DNA from: an uncultured Methanosarcinales archaeon
GTDB lineage: Archaea; Nanobdellota; Nanobdellia; Woesearchaeales; JAGVZT01
Direction: 5' to 3'
Assembly: GCA_964444505.1 (NCBI GenBank)
Contig: CAYUHF010000003.1
Span: 28,189-92,188, forward strand
Length of the DNA: 64,000 bases
In this document: piece by piece, positions 8,202 through 16,400 of the stretch
How the letters are laid out: the number at the start of each line of letters is the position of its first letter
Position numbering within the stretch: the first letter of the stretch is position 1
Notes under the pieces: model-generated
Seen by the model: the letters and a program-made list of their open reading frames with translations, nothing else
The model's database searches: none
What the model was told of the DNA's origin: nothing
Program-made: the position numbers and the translations under genes

Positions 8202-9386
8202 TTAAACAGCCTCTCCCCAGAAGAAAATACTTCCTTGTGAAAAGTCGCCGTTACATGGCTCTGGCAAGTCAAGCTTGAATGTCAAAGACATCTCTGCGCC
8301 TGGTGCTAACAAGTTAGCCCCGTAGCCCATATCTGCATCTCCTGCAAATGGTCCATCAATTGGATTAGCCTGCAGGATTTCAGCTTCATTGTACATTGCT
8401 CTTGCAAAGTGATCGCCGTACTGGATGTTGACATAATTCTCTTGATCCAAAGTTCTTGTTGTTGCTGGATCGTAAGTGTTGTCATCATCTGTTGCATCAT
8501 CAGCACTTGAATAAGCGCCGTTTGTTGCAAAGTAAGCAAAGTTGTGCAAGTCAAGCTTGTTTGTTGTAGGACACTTAGCACCTGAGTGTGCTGGGTCATA
8601 AAAGTCTGTTCCTGATATAAACATATCAAGTAGTACTCCTGAACCATCCTCTGCGCCGTTACCTACTGTCAGAGTGTTTGAGTAAACCTGTGTTCCAGGT
8701 CTTACGCCATTCTCTCCGCCAAATGTAAGCTGAGATCCGTCAAGTGTCAATGAGATTGCTGGATTGAAGAACCAGTATTCGTTCTCGTCCATTGATCCCA
8801 TTAAACCATCAAGGTCAACAACATTTGCTGTTACCCAGTACTCACCATGGAAGATGTCGTCTCCTCCTTCTACCATCTGTGGACCTTCAACAGTTAGAGT
8901 ACATCTGTAGTAGTCCATTGTGTTTGCGTCAAAGTCTACTAACTGCTCTTCGTCAATTCTTGCATTACAAGAATCACAAATTTGTCCATTTGAATCATCA
9001 CATGGAGCACTTGTCTTGTCACAGTTCACTTCAATCTCGTTTCCGCTTCCCTGTACTTTGCCAACTGATACATAAACATCCTCGATCTTCTCGATTCCGT
9101 TCTTGTCCATGACAAGTACTGTCCAGGCAATCTGTTCTCCTTCAAAAGCGTAGTTGTTATTTCTCTCAAGAAGCTCTGCGCCTACCTCAGCGTCACCTAC
9201 TGCGCCTGCGGTAATTCTTCCCCACTCAACATTGTCATCTGACACAAATCTACTGTCACACATCCAAATTCGTGGTTCAAAGTCCTCTGTTGGTATGTCA
9301 ATGCCTACACTGCCGCCAATGCTATTTGCAAAAACAGCTGGTAGCAACATTGCCACAGCCATCAAAACTGCTATTAGTTTTTTCAT
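8202..9386 (-). CDS. Secreted acidic protein (394 aa), possibly a cell-surface or S-layer-like component
   Basis: The start was trimmed to the ATG at 9386 (MKKLIAVLMAVAMLLPAVFA). A strong GGAGGT SD lies 7 nt upstream. The protein is D/E/G/N-rich with few Cys. There is no recognisable catalytic motif. Confidence 0.6.
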   Translation of the reverse strand: MKKLIAVLMAVAMLLPAVFANSIGGSVGIDIPTEDFEPRIWMCDSRFVSDDNVEWGRITAGAVGDAEVGAELLERNNNYAFEGEQIAWTVLVMDKNGIEKIEDVYVSVGKVQGSGNEIEVNCDKTSAPCDDSNGQICDSCNARIDEEQLVDFDANTMDYYRCTLTVEGPQMVEGGDDIFHGEYWVTANVVDLDGLMGSMDENEYWFFNPAISLTLDGSQLTFGGENGVRPGTQVYSNTLTVGNGAEDGSGVLLDMFISGTDFYDPAHSGAKCPTTNKLDLHNFAYFATNGAYSSADDATDDDNTYDPATTRTLDQENYVNIQYGDHFARAMYNEAEILQANPIDGPFAGDADMGYGANLLAPGAEMSLTFKLDLPEPCNGDFSQGSIFFWGEAV

Positions 9387-9912
9387 GTTTTTTAACCTCC
9401 TTCCTATTCTATTCAAATCATTATCCAGCTTGCGCCGGATATTGTGGCCGATCATAAACCAACCACACCCCTATTAGATAGGGCCCTCTCCAACAAATCG
9501 GGTGAAATGTTGGGTCATGAAACTCATGACAATAATTTTGAGACTAGCTAAACGTAGAATCTTGTTTGGCTCCCCTCAAACCTTTGTACACCCCCTACCA
9601 ACACTAACATTTTTTTATCATCATAGAATGATGATTGTTTGTGATATCTATCGTAGAGTAGTATTCCATATAAATATATTGTTGTAAGACAATTTATATT
9701 CTAAAACACCGAAAAAATCGTTTATCACAAGTTGGATACGAACTGTTCTAAGACTAAAAAACAAGCTTTTAAGCACTTTTTGGTATTTTCAACACAAAAG
9801 TGTGACAACTCAGTTGATTTATAAAACTATTTGAAAATGACAACAAAAATCTATTACCACTAGAAAAAATAACAGAGTGTTTTATCCATGTAGATACGAG
9901 AGGGGGGAAATA

Positions 9913-10403
9913 TCAGCTGGTGAGCTTTGTGAACTGTTTTCTTAGTGATTTGACCACTTCATTTGTAAGGTTAGCTTTAATCAATTTTATATTAACAACA
10001 AACCCTTCTGCCATCTCCATTAGTTCTTCTGCTTTTTTTCTGACCTCACCTTCAGAAACATAGTACTGTTTTTCGATTCTTTCTTCCTTCACCAGTGTGC
10101 TAGCCAGTTCCTTGTCAACCCCCTAAGAATCAGAATCGAACCCAGATGATTTTCTGATTTAATACCTACCTTGTACAGAAGAGAGATTAAAATATTGTAC
10201 ATTGTATAATATGACATAGCCACAGAGTTCTCATAAAGAGAATTTTCATACAACAATCTGGCAGATTTCATGCAATTTGCCGATTTCTCAGCATAAGAAT
10301 TTGAAATATTCTCTGAAGGATCAATAAGACTTAACTTTTCCTCCTGTCTTAATCTCGCCAAAAATCTTGTCATAGTACTCTTCAAAACCCTTAACAATGA
10401 CAT
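9913..10403 (-). pseudogene. HEPN-domain toxin paralogue 1, disrupted by a frameshift in a C5/G5 homopolymer
   Basis: ORF 10089..10403 ends ...ILILRGLTRNWLAHW*. A second frame continues GVDKELASTLVKEERIEKQYYVSEGEVRKKAEELMEMAEGFVVNIKLIKANLTNEVVKSLRKQFTKLTS*, which aligns with the C-terminal half of HEPN paralogue 2 (GLSKEDL...). A +1 shift at the ccccc run (10110-10114) restores a ~160-aa protein. Confidence 0.55.
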
Positions 10404-10974
10404 GGTTTTTTATGATCTCCTGAATAAGAGCCGAATTCTTATCGAATCTTCCGGATTTTACATTAATCCCAGAAAGTGTTTTTTCGATTTTTTCTTCAAC
10501 ATAAAGGTCGATATCACTATTCTTTCGTGCAGTACCTTTTGCATAAGAGCCGAAAAGAATTACCATGCTGTCTGTCTTGATATCAGCAAATATCACCCTT
10601 AGATGTGGATACTTGGTGAGTGTTTTTTCCAATACGTAGAGCTCTGAAGTCAGCATGTAGACCTTTGAAAACATATTTTTCTTTACAAAATAGACTTTGT
10701 TTCTGCCCTTTTTTTCAAAATCAACCACCTGCTTACAATAAAGAGAATTCAGTCTTCTGGATACAGTGGAATGTGGCTCATCTAAAATCCTTGCCAACTC
10801 CCTGACATGCATCTCCTTCTTAACCAAGTAATGCACAATCTCCAGCTCAATATTGTTTCTATTTTGAACCATATGTACCAATAATGAACCAATAGTATTT
10901 AATGTTTTTGCTTTATAGCCAAACTGCCCTTCTTTGCCGTAGCTGTAAGAAAAGTGATCAATTAGAATTATCAA
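10321..10974 (-). CDS. wHTH + minimal nucleotidyltransferase (MNT) antitoxin-type protein, copy 1
   Basis: The NTase motif is LFGSYAKGTARKNSDIDLYV (GS...DxD). An N-terminal winged HTH (HVRELARILDEPHSTVSRRLNSL) is present. There is an apparent TTG start. The gene overlaps both flanking HEPN genes. Confidence 0.7.
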   Translation of the reverse strand: MIILIDHFSYSYGKEGQFGYKAKTLNTIGSLLVHMVQNRNNIELEIVHYLVKKEMHVRELARILDEPHSTVSRRLNSLYCKQVVDFEKKGRNKVYFVKKNMFSKVYMLTSELYVLEKTLTKYPHLRVIFADIKTDSMVILFGSYAKGTARKNSDIDLYVEEKIEKTLSGINVKSGRFDKNSALIQEIIKNHVIVKGFEEYYDKIFGEIKTGGKVKSY

Positions 10975-11521
10975 CCATATCCCTTAGCTTATTCACAAAC
11001 AAAACAGCTTTTATCCTAAGATTCTCAACTTCCATACTATCAAAAAGCGTCTTAGTTGAATATGTGGCATTCTCTCTTTTATTCTTTGACTCAACATAAA
11101 ACAGAACATCCTCATAGTCCAAAAAACCTGAGACAATTATCAGATCTTCTTTGGACAGACCCTTCTTATAGAACTTTTCTATCAGAACCAATAGTGTAGC
11201 TTCATGGTTTTTGGAGGAATAACCTTTTGTCTGTATCAATGCCAGTGCTGCATGATAGCAGGCATAATAGCATCCAGTAATTGCCCAATCATAGAATTTA
11301 TTTTCAGAAGCCAGTTTGATAAACCTAAGGTTGTTCTCTGCTTTTGAAATATGCCCTTCTATTTCTGCATGGTCAATCTCCTGTTTATTCAGCAGCCCCT
11401 CATTTCTATACTTTTTGATCCTCCCACTCACAATTTCAGGGTTGTCCAATAGTCTAAGAAGCTCATATTCTCTCATCAAGGACCTCATAATATGAGATGT
11501 GATTGACGATCGGATAACCAC
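10958..11521 (-). CDS. HEPN-domain protein (toxin partner of MNT), copy 2
   Basis: The size and all-helical sequence fit, and it overlaps the MNT genes on both sides. It is paralogous to 9913..10403. A KNH variant replaces the canonical Rx4-6H motif (YSSKNHEATLLVL). The true start is probably at an internal Met (MRSLMREYELL). Confidence 0.55.
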   Translation of the reverse strand: MVIRSSITSHIMRSLMREYELLRLLDNPEIVSGRIKKYRNEGLLNKQEIDHAEIEGHISKAENNLRFIKLASENKFYDWAITGCYYACYHAALALIQTKGYSSKNHEATLLVLIEKFYKKGLSKEDLIIVSGFLDYEDVLFYVESKNKRENATYSTKTLFDSMEVENLRIKAVLFVNKLRDMVDNSN

Positions 11522-12131
11522 TGTTTATTGCAGACTGTATTACCTTATCCTCTTTAAGTTTAAGTTCAATAACAAAATCATTGTATTCAATCTGGAAAGT
11601 ATTAATCTTAACTGCAGCAAGAGCATCTGCTTCATTTTCTGCATCTTTTGTTGAAATCTTTTTGTTTGTGACAAGCAGTATATCCATATCAGACTCTTTC
11701 TTTTGCGTGCCTTTGGCAGTTGAACCAAAAAGAACCGCAAAGACAGGTACTTGGTCAAGCTTTTCCATGTATGCCTTTATCGCTTTTTTTCTTATTCTGG
11801 GCAGTTTCTGATACCTTTCAACATCAAAAGAAGTAAACACAAGATACGCTTGTCTTGTCTTCTTAACTCTAAAGAGTTTTAGATTCCCTTTCCTGTCTGA
11901 CTTTAGTATTTGGTCCTCTTCCAGTCTTTCAAGAAATCTGGTTACGCTTGGTAGATGCATATCTGCCCTTCTTGCAATTTCTCTTAGATGCAATTCCCTG
12001 CCCATATCATCATAGAATAACTGCATTATTTCCATATAGCCGTTTTTTAATATTGTTACCATTATTATATCAATCGTTATAATATCTTTATCATATATAA
12101 ACCTTTCTAACTGTTTCATATGATTAATCAA
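11463..12131 (-). CDS. wHTH + minimal nucleotidyltransferase (MNT), copy 2
   Basis: LFGSTAKGTQKKESDMDILLV matches the NTase motif. An N-terminal HTH (LHLREIARRADMHLPSVTRFLERL) is present. The protein is paralogous to 10321..10974. Confidence 0.7.
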   Translation of the reverse strand: MINHMKQLERFIYDKDIITIDIIMVTILKNGYMEIMQLFYDDMGRELHLREIARRADMHLPSVTRFLERLEEDQILKSDRKGNLKLFRVKKTRQAYLVFTSFDVERYQKLPRIRKKAIKAYMEKLDQVPVFAVLFGSTAKGTQKKESDMDILLVTNKKISTKDAENEADALAAVKINTFQIEYNDFVIELKLKEDKVIQSAINSGYPIVNHISYYEVLDERI

Positions 12132-12214
12132 TCCATAGCTCTTTTTATGACATAACCAAGAAAAATCGGAATAAAGTCGGATTAAACAAAAAATCTCCAG
12201 TAAGTGAAATCCAC

Positions 12215-12850
12215 CTATATTTTGGCCTTTATGTTTCCAATAAGCTTCTGGGAGAACATATTCCAGAATAATGCCTCTCTAATATATGGTGCCTCTGGTA
12301 TTGCATCACTTGCAGAATATTTGTTAATAAGGCTCCTATACACTCTCTGAGACTTATCATAAGCCTGTTTTACTGTTTTTCCCTTTAGAATTGATCTTGG
12401 AATAATATTACTTGGTGTCATAAAAATTGAGCCAATTTCATCTTTCTCAGGTGTACATTCTTTGTTTTTATCAGTCAGGAAAACAAAAGGTGCTTTGTAA
12501 CCAATGAATGCCTTGCATTTCTTATTAACAGCAGATACACCTAAACTCTTTGCTGAGTTGCATGAGAGAGAATAGCATATCTTACCAGAGAGCAGTTTGT
12601 CATTCACATTTTCCTCAATCAGCTTCATATTATCATATCCGCATATGACAGAGTTACTCCCGTGCCCATTAAACCAGACAAAATCAATGTTCCTCTTTTT
12701 CAGAAAGCTTTCAACAGTAGTCCTATCCGACCTTTCTCCATCTAAAAGATAAATTGACGGTTCAAATTCACAAATAACCTCTGAAGCCCAGCATGCAAGG
12801 TATTGAGTAGTCAGGTCTGAATTAGGCAAGGTTACTAAGGTTTTGTTCAT
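12215..12850 (-). CDS. Stand-alone caspase-like (clan CD, C14-like) cysteine peptidase domain protein, 211 aa, cytoplasmic
   Basis: FVWFNGHGSNSVICGYDN...LSGKICYSLSCNSA matches the caspase His-Gly...Gly-Lys-(hydrophobic)5-x-C-x-G/S-A dyad pattern. Compare caspase-3 SHGEEGIIFGTNG...GKPKLFIIQACRG. There is no signal peptide. A 4-nt ATGA overlap joins it to the upstream small gene. Confidence 0.55.
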   Translation of the reverse strand: MNKTLVTLPNSDLTTQYLACWASEVICEFEPSIYLLDGERSDRTTVESFLKKRNIDFVWFNGHGSNSVICGYDNMKLIEENVNDKLLSGKICYSLSCNSAKSLGVSAVNKKCKAFIGYKAPFVFLTDKNKECTPEKDEIGSIFMTPSNIIPRSILKGKTVKQAYDKSQRVYRSLINKYSASDAIPEAPYIREALFWNMFSQKLIGNIKAKI

Positions 12851-13050
12851 TCTATCCCTTTCTTAAAAGATCTCAAATAGTTCAGCTGCATCTCAATCAC
12901 AAGCTTTCCAAACTCATCCTTTCTCTTGACAGCAGCTATAAGCTCATCTCTGTCAAAACTGCCGTAATTGCCAAGATGAGTCTTGATATTATTAGGCATT
13001 GACTCTAGTCTTTTTACAACAAGCTGTACAATATCTTCTGAATAATCCAT
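12847..13050 (-). CDS. Small hypothetical protein (67 aa), middle gene of the 3-gene cassette
   Basis: Its ATG directly abuts the TAA of the upstream ORF (TAAATG), suggesting translational coupling. No motif was recognised. Confidence 0.45.
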   Translation of the reverse strand: MDYSEDIVQLVVKRLESMPNNIKTHLGNYGSFDRDELIAAVKRKDEFGKLVIEMQLNYLRSFKKGIE

Positions 13051-13386
13051 TTAGATCAAATCCATCCCCTTGAGTTTTTCAAGTATTCTCCTCCCAAGTT
13101 CAGTCCCATTATCAACTTCTATGTAAGCTGCATTCCATGAATACGGCTTGTCATCAACAACTACTATTATCTCATTTCTTACATCTTCAGGAAGATTTGA
13201 ATAAACCCTCAAAAACCTGTCTTTTGACATCTGAAGCATATTACATTTCTCATCTATATAAAGATTATTAAAACATAACATAAAATATCCAAAAAACTTT
13301 CGAGAAAAAGTGTGGTTCCACCAATTAAAATCACATACAGCCTCGGCCAGATGAAGTTGCGAAGCAATGGAATAAGCCATGAGCAA
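13051..13386 (-). CDS. Small hypothetical protein (111 aa, or 62 aa from the internal ATG at 13239)
   Basis: The first ~17 codons (MLMAYSIASQLHLAEAV) come from the 60-nt MNT-derived repeat and are probably not native. A likelier start is MLQMSKDRFLRVYSNLPEDVRNEIIVVVDDKPYSWNAAYIEV. It is in the same frame as the 67-aa ORF, separated by a single TAA. Confidence 0.4.
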   Translation of the reverse strand: MLMAYSIASQLHLAEAVCDFNWWNHTFSRKFFGYFMLCFNNLYIDEKCNMLQMSKDRFLRVYSNLPEDVRNEIIVVVDDKPYSWNAAYIEVDNGTELGRRILEKLKGMDLI

Positions 13387-13401
13387 ATGGCCTTCTGTGC
13401 C
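13341..13401 (-). repeat. 60-nt dispersed repeat (copy B), continuous with ~27 nt homologous to the 5' end of MNT copy 1
   Basis: The reverse complement is ~90% identical to 2718-2777. Positions 13391-13417 (ccttctgtgccgtagctgtaagaaaaa) match 10926-10953 at the start of the MNT gene at 26 of 27 positions. Confidence 0.6.
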
Positions 13402-13419
13402 GTAGCTGTAAGAAAAAAA

Positions 13420-16400
13420 TTAAACAACAATGATTGGCCTGTGCCTTACCCTTCTCAAGCCTTCATTGTATAATTCAAGCTTGACCATGTAAAACCCTGG
13501 CCTTGCATCATCAGGTATTTCCAGCAACAAGTCTCTTGTCAACTCACCGTCAGCATTCACACTCATTGGACCGAGTCTTCTGCTCTTGATTCCAAGTCCC
13601 TGGACAAATGCCTCTATTTCTAGATTCTTCATCTCACAATAACCCATGTTCCTGAAGTTTACTGTTATCTGGAGCTCTTCTCCCGGCTCTACAACCTCAT
13701 CATACACAAACCCGATTCTGTCGATTCTTATCTTTGCCTTTGGCTCGTTTATGTAGTTGTAGTCGCACTCTGTTTTTTCATACTCGCACATGCAGTCGCT
13801 GCAGATATCTATTGTTGTCGGGTTGTCATCAAAGCAGTCTGCATCTGTTGCACACTCTGCTCCGCATCTTCCAGCTACACACTGTGTTTTTGTCTCAAAT
13901 TCACCAAAAACACACATACACTGTGAACTGCAGTCACCATAGCCCTGTGCTACTGACAGCTTGTTTCCAACACACTCTTCTTCTTTTGCAAAGCAGTTTT
14001 CATTCCCGGAAGTTCCAGGTAGTTCACATTCCTCTCCTGCATCAATGTTTCCATCACCGCAGTAAGGAACATACTCGTGCTCACACATACAACCGCTGCA
14101 TGTGTCTATTGTGTGCTCGTTCAGGTCATTGCAGTCATCATCTGAGTCACACTCAGCACCGCATGATCCCTGCACACATTCTGCTACTGGCCATACATCC
14201 TGCAGACAGCCGCAGTTTGGATCACAGTAACCAAATTCATCCCTGGTTGCTGTTTTCTTGCCTTCGCACTTTTCTGTGCTTTGTTCACAATATGAGTTGT
14301 CCTGTGTATCAGGCAGCTCACATTCTTCACTTGATGAATCAACCATCCCGTCACCACAATATCCATTGTGGGTGTATTCACATACACAGCTGTCTGTACA
14401 GACATCATCTGTTAATGGGTCTGAATCATCACAGTCTGAATCTGTCTCGCACTCTGCATTACATCTTGACATGTCACATGTATGAGTAAGTGTATCATCT
14501 TCTGTTGTACATTCACCTGGCTCTACACATTCTGATTCAAAACCTTCTCTTTTGTCCCATGTGTATGGGTTGCTATCAGGTATATTGTTACATGTCATTA
14601 TCTCTTCTATATCATATTCTGAGCAGTCTATTGGCTCTCCTGGTACACAGAATGCTGAATCATTATCTTCTTCACATGACTCCTGGCCATTGCAGCCAAG
14701 TCCGTCATCACAGTCCTGTTTTAGTGTATCTGAAAAAACACACTCTGCATTAGAACATGTCCCATCTCTTCCCCAGTGTTCTGTTCCTACACAGTAGCCG
14801 CTGTCAAGCTCATTGCAATCCTCTGTGGTTGTTTCTGTTTCACATTGGTTTTCTATACATACTCCTTGGTCATGTTTTACAAAGTCTCCATCACAGTAAT
14901 CATCATCTAAATAATCACAGTCTGAGTCTTCCATACATTCATATGGCTGGCACATCTCATCACAGCCATTTGTTCCTGGTGCAAACTCATCACATTCTGG
15001 TGCTGAAAGACATCCTGCATAGTCATCTTCACAGTGGTTGTCCTGCAGTTTGCAGTTTGCATCACAGTAGTCCTGCAGATATGGTGAACCATGCTCATCA
15101 CATGAAGCCAAAACTGTATTTGGCAGCTCACACTCCTCTCCAGCATCAGGATCAACTATTCCGTCACCACAGTAGCCATTATGGGTGTATTCACATGTAC
15201 AGCTGTCTGTACAAATATCATCTGTTAAAGGATTTGAATCATCACAATCAGAGTTTCTCTCGCACTCTGCATTACATCTTGAGATGTCACAGCTGTGCGT
15301 TATCATTTCGTCTCCAGTTGTACATTCTCCTGGTTCTACACATTCTGATTCAAAACCTTCTCTTTTGTCCCACGTGTATGGGTTGCTGTCAGGCATATTG
15401 TTACATGTCATTATCTCTTCTATATCATATTCTGAGCAGTCTATTGGCTCTCCTAAAACACACTCTGCCTGGTGATCAGCTCCTGGTGTTTCTTCACATG
15501 TCTCCTGGCCGTTGCAAGCAAGCCCGTCATCACAACTATAACTGTCTGAATCTATTATTACACACTTTGCAGAGTCACATGAATACAATTCTGTTACAAT
15601 GGAATTTCCTGAACAGTATTCTGTGTCAAGCTCACTGCAGTCCTCTGTTGTGGTCTCAACTTCACATTTATTTTCTATACATACTCCTTGGTCGTGCCTG
15701 ATCAAATCTCCAGCACAGTAATCATCATCCAGATAATCACAGTCTGAATCATCCATACACTCGTATGGCTGGCATGTCAAGTCACAGCCTTCTGTTCCAG
15801 GGATCACTTCATCACACTCTGGGTGAGCTGAACATCCTGGATAATCATCTTCACAGTGCTCATCCTGAAGCTGGCAGTTCGCATCACAATAGTCTCCAAG
15901 ATAGCTGCTTCCATAATCACATGATGCCAAAGCTGTATTTGGCCTCTCACATTCTTCGCCTGCATCAGGATCAACTATGCCGTCTCCACAGTAGCCTTGC
16001 TTAATATGCTCACATTCGCATTCTACACATATATCATCAGTAAGAGGATTTGAATCGTCACAATCAGAGTTTTTCTCGCATTCTGCATTACACCTTGATA
16101 TATCGCATGCGTGTGTAATTATTCCTCCCCATGTTGTACATTGGCCTGGCTCTATACATTCTGATTCAAAGCTTTCTCTATAGTCCCATGAAAATGGATT
16201 ATCATCTGGTATATTGTTGCAGGTTGAAATCTCTTCTTTATCATTATATGAACAGTCGATTGGTTCTCCTGGTACACAGAATGCTGTATCAAGGTCTTCT
16301 TCACATGACTCCTGGCCATTGCATGCAAGGCCATCATCACATTGTTCAACTAAACTTGTTGAAACTGAACACTGTGCATTACTGCATGTTCCATCATCTT

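Noticed and set aside
9456-9912. AT-rich 450-nt spacer with a small hairpin ccctattagataggg and a TCATGAaacTCATGA repeat
   Set aside because: It lies in the promoter/5' UTR region of the 8202..9386 gene. The structure is too weak to support calling an RNA gene or terminator. It is left unannotated.
12847-13386. Treating 13051..13386 and 12847..13050 as one 179-aa gene
   Set aside because: An in-frame TAA separates them and the ATG follows immediately (TAAATG), which fits translational coupling of two genes. Read-through or a recent nonsense mutation cannot be excluded, so both are listed separately.
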